Below, one piece after another: positions 36,823-49,637 of a DNA stretch of 64,000 bases. A program made the position numbers and the translations under genes. The stretch covers positions 3,224,001 through 3,288,000 of the forward strand of contig JAWMAR010000044.1 in assembly GCA_036785375.1 (NCBI GenBank). The letters run 5' to 3'. Position 1 is the stretch's first letter. The number at the start of each line of letters is the position of its first letter. The notes below the pieces were generated by a model that ran no database searches, was not told the origin of the DNA, and saw nothing but the letters and a program-made list of their open reading frames with translations. The stretch comes from Leucoraja ocellata. Its lineage: Eukaryota.

Positions 36823-37339
36823 CTATACACATAATTAGGAATATTACTTTTTCCCCTTATAACTATTAGAACCGATAATCAGCAGTCAATTCACAATTCA
36901 CTCTTTGATTGTAATATTCATTGTAATAAAATGGAAAGCTGGTGGAAAGAGCATATTATGTTCAAGGTATTCCTTCTCCCACCACTCTCTCTGAAATTTC
37001 CAGTGAAAATATTTAATCTTTAAAAATCTGATGTAACTTTTATTCTTCATATCATCACCTTTTTGGACGAACCTCCTATAAAATATGGCCAATCACAACC
37101 AAAAAAAATCTACGTCCCTGCACCATGAATCAAGCTAGTACTGAGGAAAATTTAGTTCATGTTAATCCCGCTGTAAAAATTAACATCCCACATTAAAAGA
37201 CGCCAAACTAGATTTTTTTTTTAAACAATCATCTTATTCACAAAAAGAGTGAAATACTTTGAAGAAAGCACTTCCCAAGACTTTCCTTCCTGTTTAGGTT
37301 ATTGTATTCCCTTATTTCAACATCACAATGCAGCTGTAC

Positions 37340-37880
37340 TAGTCGTTGGTGAGACCCACACTTGGAGTACTGTGTGCTCTTCTGGTGGCCCAGCTACAGG
37401 AAATATGTCATTCAGCTGGAGGGGATGCAGAGGAGATTCACCAGGATCTTGCCTGAGCTTGCAAGCTTGAGTTACAGGGAGAGGATGGGACTTGTTTTGC
37501 TTTGGAGTGTGGGAGGCTGAACCTTATTGAGGTGTAAAGGATGATGAGGGGCAAGAATAAAATGAATGGTCACAGTCTTTTTCCCCAGGGTGGAAGATTC
37601 CAAAACTAATGGGCACAGGCTTAAGTTGGGAGAGGAGATTTTTAAGAGGGACCTCAGAGAGGCAGCTTTCCCCACTCAGAGAGTAGGTCTGTACATGGAA
37701 TAGGCTGCCAAAGGAAGCTATAAACTTTTCAGTCATTTGGACAGATTTATGGACAGGAAAGGTTTCGAGGGCAATGGGCCACATGTGGACAAATGGGGCT
37801 AGCCCAATATGCCAACTTGATCGGCATGGACAAGGTGGGTCATAGGGGCTTGCTTCCATACCATACATATGGCTCTATTA
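37340..37880 (+). mobile_element. CR1 LINE 3' fragment
   Basis: ttggtgagacccacacttggagtactgtgtg (LVRPHLEYCV-like) through to the 3' UTR. Confidence 0.82.
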
Positions 37881-38064
37881 AATAACGTCACAGAAACCTA
37901 TACCAAGCCAATAAATTTCTGATTCAACTAGTCTAATGGTTCTATTACAAATCTTAAATTGTGGAGTACAGAGGCAAATGAATAAATGATGGGCCTTTGT
38001 CCCAAACATTATGGAGGGCACTGTATAATACCATTAAGGAAAGCACAGGTTTAAGTATACATAC

Positions 38065-38604
38065 TTTCCGTATTTGACGAGGCTGGCGATTCTTTCATTG
38101 TTGGTGTTGACTCCTTTTTGCTCTTCTCACCTTTCTTGCCTTCTCGTACAGCTTCTTTGCTTTCATCTCCTAAATCGATAACTAGTTCATTGTCAGAATC
38201 AGAATCCAGTCCCAAATGCACTGTTGGAGAATCAGTCTCATCTTTATTTCCCAGTTTCTCCTTTGTTCCTTGATGTAGATTTTTAATTTTCTCAATGTGC
38301 TCTTTGTCCGAATCCCCATTTGCCTTTTCCTTCCCCAGAGCCTCATTTTTGGCCACAAGAGAACTTGGATTGGTCTCCTGCTTCACTTCCCCATGAACTA
38401 CTAAATGTTTAGGCTTCTTTTTCACAAAGGGAGATTCCTTTTCACTCCTGGTACCATCCTTTTCCTCTCTCTCTTCGTGTCCATTGTTTAGCTTTGGACC
38501 TTCATCACTGGCATATTCACTGTCAGAAGTGTCCGATTTTTCTGAATCTTCAGAATCGCTGTGTTCAGCACCCGCATCAACATCTTCAGAAATTTCATTT
38601 ATCC
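38065..38604 (-). CDS. ZMYND8: ZMYND8 exon (540 nt), acidic/charged region
   Basis: ccaag|GG ATA...GAA A|gtatg; (G)INEISEDV...DETDSPTVHLGLDSDSDNELVIDLG...SSNTE. Confidence 0.94.
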
Positions 38605-39009
38605 CTTGGGATAAGAATATATAGAATTTTGAAACAATACCAGACATATCATCAATGAAGTCTCAAAAAAAATGTACATGCTTCAAAAGTTGATAATAAA
38701 CGTATCAAACTAAAGAATATTCCAATATAGAGTGCACTAACTCCATTATTAATAGCATTTCCTATTAACCAATATGATGCTCTTATATGCAACTTGTCAA
38801 AACAAGCCAGTAGAGAGCAAGAAGTATTGGTGCCTGGTGGTGCTTTAAAATAAAAATGTAATTTCGCAGCATAAGTGGAACTAATTCAACTTCTAAATCT
38901 CCATAAGATTTTAAAAAAATACAAGAATACAATTGGCATAAATTTGGCAAGGACAATCCCCTTGATTTTTAAGTGATTTGAACTATCTGGATCAAATCAA
39001 TTTTGGTTT

Positions 39010-39235
39010 ATGGATCCTCATCCTTCCTCTTCCAACGTCCACAATCAGTTCCTTGGTCTTACTGACATTGAGAGCCCGGTTGTTGTGATCGCATCATTTG
39101 GCCAGTCGATCGATCTCATGTCTACACTCTGACTCTTCACCATCTGTAATTCGTCCAACAAAGGCGGTGTCGTCGGTGAACTTGAGGATGGAGCTTGCAC
39201 TGTGTCCGGCTACACAGTCGTGAGTATAGAGTGAA
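39010..39235 (-). mobile_element. Rex1/Babar-like RT fragment
   Basis: Minus strand LYTHDCVA...SILKFTDDTAFVGRITDGEESECR. Confidence 0.75.
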
Positions 39236-39929
39236 CTTCATCTAAAGTCTGGCAGAATAAACCGCCAGGAAATTGCCAAAGCAGTATTTGCTTTGGTTCC
39301 TAACTTGCTTTTGAAAGTGAATGATAACTGTTTTGTGCAGAAATGCCCCCAAAATTCCCAAAAGGTTGCCAATACGTTTCAAAGTAAAGAGAAGCTGGAT
39401 AGTAGCCTTTTTGCTGGTTTATGACTTAGAAAGCTGCAGAAATCCCAGCAATTCAATCAAATTATTAATCTTTTCTTTACCATTAGGCTGTTTCTTTACA
39501 AAGGAACAGTAATCACTGTTCAAAATACATCATACAAAATCCAACAGGGATCATTGGATTTTATAACAGTCATAAATTAAACTGATTATTCTCAAGAAAA
39601 TTAACTGCAGTCCTTCCTCAAATCAATTAACAAGATTAACAATTTGAGGGAGATAACTCGTGCGAGTTATCTATGAAAAATGTAACATTTTATTTTCTGA
39701 GTAATAGGGCTTTCTAATCTTGTCCTGTATTCCAAAAGAGGTCACACATTATCATTTGGTCCTACTATGCAATATAGAATGCCTCATAGAGCACAGCACT
39801 TACATATTCAAACTTTTGCCAATATCTCTTCAGTCCAACGAAACAAATAATCTTTGTGATGATCAGAATACAAAGACTCTAAATTACGAGTTTAGAGTCT
39901 TTGTATTTTAATCATCACAAAGATGATCA

Positions 39930-40217
39930 GATAAATACAGCGTGGAAATAAACCCTTCAGCCCACCGAGTCTGCGCCGACCAGTGATCACCCCGCACATT
40001 AACACAATCCTACACACTAGGGACAAGTTACAATTTTACCAAAGCCAATGAACCTACAAACACACACTTTGGACTGTAGGAGGAAACTAGAGCACCCAGA
40101 GAAAACCCATGTGATCACAGGGACAATGTACAAACTCCGCACAGACGGCACCCGTAGTCAGGATGGAACCGTGGTCTCTGACACTGTGATGCAGCAGCTC
40201 TACTCGCCACGCTGCCG
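39930..40217 (-). mobile_element. V-SINE (HE1-like)
   Basis: Head, V-domain, tail. Confidence 0.85.
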
Positions 40218-40428
40218 TTTCACTGTTTGTCTCCCCTGTGCAGGCAGACGGGGCTGGGACTGGATGTACAGTGGCCCGGGTCAGTGCCATCGTGGCACCC
40301 AGCGTACGTTGATCGGTGACTACGTGCCCTCCTTTCCCATGGCCACGCACAGTGGGATAACAATCATATCTGGACTGGCTGCCATTAGCCTCCTGGAAAC
40401 ACACAATGTGCGTGTGAAATTGAACTAA

Positions 40429-42013
40429 TATGGCAGGCAAATAAGCAAGCCGCGCGTGGTGAATCAACGAGATCTTTATTGGTGAAGTAAAGAGAACAAC
40501 ACACGCGAATGGGGGAAGGCTGACCCGGGGCTCAATACTTATACTAGAGCACACCCCTAAACCTGATGATAACTCCTTCCCCCCATTACCCAGTAACATG
40601 ACCCTATCCCCAACTGCCGAGGGTTCACATAGTAAGTGGCCTACCCACCGAGTGGCGCCACAGGACCCCCCCCCCCCGCCAGAACCGGAGGCATGAAAGC
40701 GAAAGGGTAGGCGAACGAGGCATTGATCCCGCACATCCACTAACAGAGACTAGGCCCAGAGGAAATCTGCGCCCAGCAACGGCTGGGAAACCATCAACCA
40801 CCGTAAAGGTCGAGGTAAAATGGCATGGGCCAAAGATGAGCACGATCGTGCGAACTCCAAACGTCCATATGGACCTGCCGTTGACTGCAGTCAGCGAAGG
40901 ACCCCACTTGCCATAACGAGTGTCCACCCCCGACAGGGGTAAAGCGCTAACCTCCGCGCCCGAGTCCTTAGTGTCGATCCCACACGCGTAGAGGCGATTT
41001 TTCAGGCTGACCACCGCAGTGACTACTGGTGGCCGGCCCTGGCATTTTCCGGATACAAGCAGGGCGGGCGGCACAGACGGGCTGCGGGACCCGAGCGCTG
41101 GTGGTAGTAACATCACTTCCCCTTACCAGGGTCATTCAGGACTGGCGACGCAGCTGAACTCCCAGTGGACATAGGGCCTGGTCTCTGGGCCCTCCAGCCG
41201 ATACCCGATCAATCGAGTCACCACCCTGCCGCTTGGCTTGCCACAGCTCGTCCGCCGCTAACAGTAGGAGGCCTGCGAAATCCTCACCGGAGAGCAGTAG
41301 GCGAATGTCGTCCGACATCGACTCCAAAAAGGTGTGCTCGAAAACCAGGCAGGGCCGACGCCCATCCATGAGGGTGAGCATCTCACTCATGAGCTCCAAC
41401 AGCTTGCGATCGCCGAGGCCGCCCATACGTATGAGCCGTGCTGTGCGGTCCGTCCGGGCAGCTGAGCGCAAAGGTCTGCTAGAGCAGCGCTTTAAGGCCC
41501 TCATATTTGTCCTGATCCGGTGGCGCACGCCGGTAAGGGATCAGGCGACCGGCCGTTTCCTGATCCAACGCGCCGACCACATAGTAGTACCGCGTGTCGT
41601 TGGCTGTTATGCGTCGAACGTGGAACTGGGCTGCGATGTCCAGAACACGGGCAACTTCAGGGAGACAAAATTCTGCTGGGCCGGATTTTCAGCGACCTCG
41701 GGCTGTTGAGGTTGATAGTTGACTGCGTCCATGATTTAAATCCAAAATGACTGTTTTGGATCGTCGGGGTCACCAATATGGCGGGCGAATAAGCAAGCCA
41801 TGTGTGGTGAATCAAAGAGATCTTTATTGTTGAAGTAAAGAGAACAACACACACGCGAATGGGGGAAGGTTGACCCGGGGCTCAATACTTATACCAGGGC
41901 ACACCCTTATACCTCATGACGACTCCTTCCCAGTCATTACCCAGTCGTGTGACCCTACCACCGACTGCCGAGGGTTCGCATAATAAGTGGCCTACCCACT
42001 GGGTGGAGCCACA
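40429..42013 (-). mobile_element. Gypsy-type LTR retrotransposon, internally deleted (gag and protease remnants only)
   Basis: LTRs at 41777-42013 and 40429-40662 (about 87% identical by eye), CTAA TSD at 40425-28 and 42014-17, PBS TGGTGACCCCGACG, G-rich PPT next to the 3' LTR. Gag motifs VSLKLPVFW, RYYYVVGALDQETA, LGDRKLLELMSEML; protease motifs DSGAEVS and LTAVNG. Confidence 0.92.
41762..41775 (-). other. Primer-binding site complementary to tRNA-Trp
   Basis: Plus-strand cgtcggggtcacca equals the 3' end of vertebrate tRNA-Trp including CCA, and lies just inside the 5' LTR. Confidence 0.85.
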
Positions 42014-42518
42014 CTAAATTATTTTAAATCACATCTTAGTCTTGGCAATTCCAGACAGAGTGCTGGATTCTCTATTAAATGCGAAAAAATATAAATCTCT
42101 ATCTCAAATATCATTAATACTAAACTTCTCTTCAATAAATGTATTTTAGCAGGTCATATCCATCATGTTGATTTGACGAGTCTTAAGAAGGCTTCCCAAA
42201 CGTCACCCATCCATTTTCTCCAGAGATGCTGCCTGACCCACTGAGTTACTCCAGCACTTTTTGTCTATGTTGGTTTCCTTGTCCATTAAAATGCATCACT
42301 CCAACTTTACCAAAGGTATGGGGAAATTAATTTGTCCCTTAAAAAATGCATACCACAAACAAACAGTTAAAAGGTGAAATGCCAACTCTCCTGCCTTCCA
42401 AACCATTAAGTTTAGGAAAAAAAATCTTCTACCAAACTTTAATTACACTGATATTCCAAAGAACTATTAAGTCCTTCCTGAAGCCTTAAAATTTGATAAA
42501 TAACAAACACATTCTCAC

Positions 42519-42671
42519 CTAACTGTGCTTTACAACTTTCTATTGTCTTGTCGAGATTAAGCAGGAAACTGCTCCGGACTGGGTGTTTTTTGGGTGAAGT
42601 GAGGAGCACAGGAGCTGATTGCACCACAGATTCACTCAGCTCTTTCAGATCCATCTCTGCTTTACTGCGAT
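42519..42671 (-). CDS. ZMYND8: ZMYND8 exon (153 nt)
   Basis: gatag|AT...TTA G|gtgag; (D)RSKAEMDLKELSESVVQSAPVLLTSPKKHPVRSSFLLNLDKTIESCKAQL. Confidence 0.95.
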
Positions 42672-43386
42672 CTATCAGACAAGAGGACAGAATAAAACAT
42701 TAATGAGAAAGCAAAACCAATGATGTGGTATCAGCCTGAAGCAAGCCTCTGTTGAAGACATCTGAAAAGACAGAGAGGTGACCCAAAGCCAATGTGGAAC
42801 ATGGTCTCAGAATACTGATCATTCTAGAATGCAATATTAAGAGATGGTGTGAAAACAATGGAGTTTGGCAAATCAATAACAACATGGCCTTTGAGACAAT
42901 AAATTGGACAGAATACCAAGCTATTACTGTTTTAGGACCACGATAGAAATGAAAAGCACAGCTGAAGCCACAGAATAAGTAATAATGAAAGAAAACAACT
43001 TTTCAATCATACCAAATATAGAAAACTGCATGACAATCTCCCTACTCTATCTTGTGGCCTGCAATATACAATGAAAAATAAACTATGAAAATAACTGGGA
43101 TGGTGTGTTACTGGGACAACCTTGTTGAATCATAAAACAAAGATTTTGTTTTGAAAAAGTGATACTTGTCCAACCTTCTGCATCTAATTTCCTCTCAAAC
43201 AATGTACGTTACTCACTTCAAAGTCCCCTTCCCTGGCTGGAAATAGCTACAAGAAGATGGCACACAACACTGGACAATCCCAATGCATGCACATACACTG
43301 CTCCCACACAGCCTCTTCATGTGGCCATAGATTGACTAAAAATCCCATAAAGCCAATGGAAAAAACATTTTGTGGTCACAACTAAC

Positions 43387-43536
43387 CAAGGTTTAGATTA
43401 AGGATGCTGCCCGTAGGAGGGGTTTTCAGAGTCCTTTCTGATTTAGCAGCAATGGGAGTGGAGGACTGAGGAGAGAAGGGTTTTGGGCTGCCCGACACAC
43501 TGCCAGCTTGACTTGTCTTCATAGATCCAGGAGAAG
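43387..43536 (-). CDS. ZMYND8: ZMYND8 exon (150 nt)
   Basis: ttcag|CT...CTT G|gttag; (A)SPGSMKTSQAGSVSGSPKPFSPQSSTPIAAKSERTLKTPPTGSILNLNL. Confidence 0.94.
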
Positions 43537-44090
43537 CTGAAAGAGGAAACAAACTGGATCAATGTGGATCGGGCAGAGAATTTCAGGTTTGAACATTGTT
43601 TGTAACCTGTACCACAAATGAACATGAAGTCAGTTGGAGGAGGAAGGTTTGTCATCCAAAACTCGACACAGAATGGGAATGGGTGAATGGACATAGAACA
43701 TAGAATCCATCAAGCTAATGCATGATCCCTGCATGACTCTGGACTTCTTCATTTTTAAGATCAAGTTCATCTGCCAGACAAATTCCATATTCAGTGATAA
43801 TCCTTTACCTATCCTCAAATCTCCTTTCTGTTGGAATAACATTAAGAATCTTGTGTAAGGTGGTATTAATAATGTCAAAACAATTTCAAGTTTGCCAGAC
43901 CAAAGTTGCAGTCTCCATTACTTGGAAGATCTTTACATACTGGTAACATCAGCACATCATCTCCAAAATACAGAACTCTCTATGGAAACGGCATGCAAAA
44001 CTACCCTCTTAAAATCCAAGACCATATATTTTTAGATTTACTTGTTAAGATGTTTAGATTACTCTTTAAAACCCTAGAGCGTCTATTTAT

Positions 44091-44118
44091 CTGAAGAAGG
44101 GTTCCGACCCGAAACGAC
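44091..44118 (+). ncRNA. Degenerate hammerhead-like core
   Basis: CTGAAGA-A-GGGTT-CC-GACCC-GAAA-CG-AC; cleavage triplet mutated. Confidence 0.35.
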
Positions 44119-44646
44119 AGCGATCCTTTTTCTCCAGAGATGCTGCCTGACCCACTGAGTTACTCCAGCACTTTGTGTCAATCTTCAACATCTATTTTTA
44201 AATCTTTTCACTTTTCACTGCACAAATTCCTAGTAGCATCTGGCGACTCTAATGATACAATATTTCTGCCTCCCAATAAAATTACTGGGATACAGTCACC
44301 CATTCCCAATTCATTTTAGGACTAATGCCACTCTGGTATAGCACTTTCTGTTCTACTGTGATATCTGGAAAACAGAACTGACAGTCCTCAGTGCAGGGCA
44401 ACTGAAATGCTTTTACACAACCTACGGGGGACAGTGTATATGGGAATTATATCGAAAAAAAATTGGCAATCAAATTTATAAGCATAAATTTTGAAGGAGT
44501 TATAAAGGTACAACCTCTCCAATGGGTTCCTTTTATATAGCTTTTGAAAAAAAAGATGGTTAATTTCACCTTTTCCTTCCCGCTCCATCAAATGCTGCCT
44601 CAACATACACTTTGAAACAAGTTTTTAAAATTAAGGTATATCATAC

Positions 44647-45137
44647 CTGTGCTCCGGTCAATGAAGTCCATCGACTCCTCGCTTGCACTAAAGTGACTGG
44701 AAGTAGCTTTCATGCTCTTCTCTGTAGGATCAGTTTCTAGGTCAGAACCAGTGTGCACTGAAGAATTGGTGCTCATTGGTGAACGAGGCGTGTCCATTAG
44801 TGAAATTCTCTGACTGGGACCACCGATTAACAGAGACTTGCTGAGAACTATTTTTGGCGAGGCAGTCATATCAAAGTTTAGTTTGATTTTCTCATATTTA
44901 TCAGGCTTAGCAGTTCCTGCGGCTGGGTTCTGGGGATCTTTCAGCATCTGGAATTGGTTGTTGGGAGTGTATGGTGACCGAAAAGGTGCATAATTGAATG
45001 TTCCAAACTTTTTACGAATGTTTTCCACATATACCTCCATTTCTTGCATTGCACTATTGAAGATGCTTTTCGTCTTTTTCACAGAAAAGGGGATTTCTCT
45101 GGACATGAGGTAGCAGTTATTTATTGGAACCCAAGCC
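44647..45137 (-). CDS. ZMYND8: ZMYND8 exon (491 nt), PWWP end and linker
   Basis: cacag|G GCT TGG...ACA G|gtatg; [23 protein letters not shown]...[12 protein letters not shown] (within ORF 44600..45193). Confidence 0.96.
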
Positions 45138-46259
45138 CTGTGTATAGGAGAAAAAATTGTTATATTAATGCCTCTTTTAGATTTATTTGCCAATATTTTC
45201 TCATCGGCTCCAACATCACAATGACAAAAACATGTTACTTATAAATGCAAATCAAACCCATTGAGGATCAGATTGTCTTTTGATCCAAGGGCCAGAGGTC
45301 AAGAATTTTGAGAGATCTTTTAACATTTTGTCATCGTCATATCATGTTATTTTCAATGGTCATGCTTGTGGGTCACTGATATACAATTCATTCCAGTGTG
45401 GCATCGCTGATTAAGACAATTACCCTCAGTGGTTTCACATCCCTCCTTGGCATTTAGGTATCTGTCTTTGCATCTCTTCATGTGGCTGAAAGTCAAATTT
45501 TGATAATGCTTCGGTGAAGGGCCTTGGGGTATTTTGCTATGTAAATGGAGCCACATCAATGCATGGAGTTATTGCCAGGATTGAGTAAACTCAGGGGATA
45601 ACCAGCCACTTTGCTCAAATGCCAGCTAGCAACGCATCATGCAGGACAAAGCAACCTACTTGACTGGCGTTTCATTACCCATTTTAAACATTAATTCCCT
45701 TCACCATGAGTACACAGGCTACTTTGGAAGCTCCTCCCAAACCATCCATCACCAAGAAGATCAAGTGCAGCAGGTGCATGGGACCACCACCATTTTGGGT
45801 ACCACTGAGCCACATCTAGAATTATATTGCTGGTCCTTCATCATTACTGGATTCAAATCTAGGAACTCCTTAACCAATAGCAATGCAGTTGGATGCTCTT
45901 AAGACAAATCATTCCTTAATTTAGATTTTGAAGACACACCCTATGTTCCATTTAGAATTAAGAGTGGATTGGTGCTCTGATTATTCTGGCCTCAAGATAC
46001 ACACTCATGCCCCACTCCAGAACTTGAGATCATGCATTGTGAGTTAGCAAAAAGCAAATAAACTTTGGCATGGGGCTCTGGCCACATGAATAATAGTACA
46101 CTTAAAACAACAACATTATTTTCTTGAAGAAGGGTCTCGGCCTGAAACATCACCCACTCCTTCTCTCCAGAGATGTTGGCTGCCCCGCTGAGTTACTCCA
46201 GCATTGTGTCTATCTTTGGTGTAAACCTGCATCTGCAGTTCATTCCTACACATTACTCA

Positions 46260-46463
<204 letters not shown>

Positions 46464-47666
46464 TCAAGTAGAACATGAAGAATTACACAAGTTCAATGCG
46501 AGTAATTATAACCAATAGGATTTGTAAACTGCACCTAATAAACAATATTTAAACACAATTCTTCTGTGGAAAATCAGTAGCACAGCACAAGCATTAACCC
46601 TGCAGGCCACAGACACAGCGATCATTTTCTTTTTAAAGGAAATCGCGACCAGCACTCTTGGCAGTTATGCAGTGTCCTGCTACTGTGCTAGCTTTCCCCA
46701 GAGTTCGTGCCCGCTACTTGCAACCTAAATTATCGCTCTGAAAACAACCAGACTGTGCCCTGAAGCCTCACAGCAGAGACTAGAAATTGAGAGAAGTCAG
46801 TTTCACTTTGACTCAAAATATTACTCAATATCATTAACAGAAACAACAATAACAAAACTTGCCACTGTACTTGTTTTGATTTAGTTTTGGGGAAATAGAA
46901 TTCTATTCCTTAAGTTTAGCAGGGAAGTATTCCACAGGTATCAGAGATTTTATGTTCACTGATTCAGTGGCAAAAGGTAGAGGTTGCCCAAAAATTGTGA
47001 TTGTATAAGTTTGATGAAAAACACCAATAATTACCCTCTGTCTCAACAACACGTCTGTTCCACCAGATTGAACAAAGACTCAGAGTCCACTTGTTGAAAG
47101 ATCAATAAGATAAGTGGAAGGTAGTCTATGTAAAGGAACTAAGCTATTCTTCATAGAGGACTGGAGGATGCAATTTGAAAATTCACAACCCTTGAACAGG
47201 ATTAGGAACTGACCTGGAGTGGGATAACAAATTTTGGGTGATGATAACACATCAAGAAGTTAAGTGGATTCAGACTAACTTTCATCTTGAATAATGTGAT
47301 CAATATCTGGTGAGAAGCACAATGGATGGTTTTTGCAAACTTTCATGTTATGTTTAATTTTCCTCTCCTTTCCTTGACCAACGACCTACTGCCCACCAAT
47401 AGCGCACAAATGAAAATATGTTTCTCTGAGGCATCTATTTGAGTGAAGGAGCAATGATTTAGAAATAACCACTTCTGGATAGTGGAAAAGATGATTGTAA
47501 AGGTGTTTAGAAATGTCTTAAAGCAAACTAAAGATCATAAGGTAGACAAAAATGCTGGATAAACTATTTTTCCAGCATCTGCAGTTCTTTCTTAAAGATC
47601 ATAAGGGATCAGCTGTTTGATTTAATGGACATCTTGACATTCAGTTTACAGAATACTTTAACTTAC

Positions 47667-47744
47667 ACAAGGCTCACAGAACCAATTGTCCCTCTTCTGG
47701 CATGCAGCCAAATAGCATTCTGGACAAACTTCAATTTCATTCAT
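47667..47744 (-). CDS. ZMYND8: ZMYND8 exon (78 nt), zinc-binding linker
   Basis: aatag|ATG...TGT|gtaag; MNEIEVCPECYLAACQKRDNWFCEPC. Confidence 0.96.
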
Positions 47745-48072
47745 CTATTTTTTAAGGGGAAAGAGGAGAAACATATTAGCTTGAAACCACATATTTTCTT
47801 CAATGGAGCAAAGCATCAACTAAAACCACAAACAGTGGACATCTGAGGGAGTGAATAGCTGACAGAGAAAAGAAGAATAGAAGGATGATTAGGAGGATTC
47901 TCATCAAAAAGGTTAAAGGAGCTTTTCTCTTTCAGACTGGTTTGTTTAACATTGTGTTTCAATTTTTTGACCAACATAGGTTTATTCCAAAGTAAATGAT
48001 CCTGTCTAAATAATTCCAATTAAATCAGAGTATAAAAATACAAAATCACACAAATGCCTCATTAATACTTAC

Positions 48073-48128
48073 TTCATGCTCGCAGATCTTAATGATCACT
48101 TTAGCTGTTGCTGTTAATTTATGATTGG
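48073..48128 (-). CDS. ZMYND8: ZMYND8 exon (56 nt), bromodomain end
   Basis: tgcag|CC...GAA|gtaag; (A)NHKLTATAKVIIKICEHE. Confidence 0.95.
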
Positions 48129-49371
48129 CTGCAACACAGAAATCTATTATTGATATTAAAAACAGAACACAGAATGACACTGGCATCTAATTTAATGACA
48201 TGAGGAGTGCACCTAATAACTACACTGTGACATGTTTCGGATTTACTCTACATTTGCTTGACTAAGTGGAAATTGTCTCTTCTCTAAACCAGTAAATGGA
48301 TCAAATCATGACGAGCAGAAGCTGCATTACACAATACAAGATCGTATGTGTTACGTTGTCAGATATATCATATTTCAGAAGACACTGATCCCATTTTGAC
48401 TAGTTCAGATAAATATTAAAGGCCACAAGACACATGTTGCAAAGCATTTCGATCTCTCTATGTTTTCTTTCAGTACAATACTATTGAAATGACTGCATAC
48501 GTGATAATTATAGCTCATTTGCCATTGCAAAATTATCCATTGAGTAGTTAAGGCATACAAGCCATAATTTAATCCTCAACCTTCTGCACTGTATAATGGA
48601 GCTAAACACTATGGGGCAGAAGAAAGATATTATTCCTATTTGATCATTACAAGCAATTTGAAGGTGCATGAATGCATTTTGCCAAGGACAGGAATCGATA
48701 TAAAAAAATATTCTCCTGGTAATCATCAGTGGTGAATTAATCTTCAAGGGTTTTTGCTATTTAAAGCTAATCAGCAATTGTTCTGGAAAAAAAGTGGCGG
48801 TGAGTGCTTTGAACACACGGTGTTGGTGGTGGAGGCGATACAAGCCTTTTGGATGGGTACAAGGATTTGCAGGAAATAGTAGAGATATGGATCAATTGAA
48901 GGCAGATGAGATTAAATTAACGGCATCATGTTTGGCACAGACATTGTGGACTGAAGGGCCAGTCCCTGTGTGGCTCTGTTCTGTACTTCGTTGTAGATTG
49001 TATGCTGTAGGTAATCCCAGAAAGTGCATGGGAAGGAAAATCCAGGATTTTGACTCCATTCCAATGAAGGAATGGTAATCTATATCCAAGTCAGTTTGGA
49101 CAAGAATTGGAAGTATTTTCCAGACATCCATTTCTCTTGCCCTTCCCTGTGGTGGAAACCATGGGCTTAAAGGTGTTGCTAAAATAAACGTTACTGTTCA
49201 TCGCATGGAACACGGTGCACAGATGATGGGAAAGATGATTGTGTAAGACTAGGATTCAGGCAGATTGCTTCCAACACTTTGCCAATAAGTTACCGTTGAG
49301 CAATGGGGAATTTTTTGGTAGAGCTAGACCGGCCAAAGCTACAGCTAGTGTTGAAGCACAGGTTTTCACAA

Positions 49372-49637
49372 GGGTGGCACGGTGGTGCAGCCCTAGAGTT
49401 GCTGCCTTACAGAGCCAGAGACCCAGGTTTGATCCTGACTACGGGTGCTGTCTGTATGGAGTTTGTACCTTCTTCCCAGGACCGCATGGAATTTGCTCTG
49501 GGTGTTGCAGTTTCCTCCCACATTCCATAGTTTGGCTTTGGTAAGAATTGTAAATTGTCACTAGTGTATAGGATGGTGCTAGTGTACGGGGATGGCTATT
49601 CGGCATGGAAGGGCCTATACTATGTGCTGTGTCCAAA
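49372..49637 (+). mobile_element. V-SINE (HE1-like)
   Basis: gggtggcacggtggtgcag head and core. Confidence 0.82.

Noticed and set aside
39651-39672. 10-bp inverted repeat agataactcg-tg-cgagttatct
   Set aside because: Isolated short palindrome with no supporting context.
40087-40740. 217-aa minus-strand ORF
   Set aside because: It runs across the Gypsy PPT and LTR, flanking DNA and a SINE; it is not a coherent protein.
43166-43177. 12-nt AG...GT microexon candidate (EGWT)
   Set aside because: No polypyrimidine tract and a weak donor (gtatca); likely chance.
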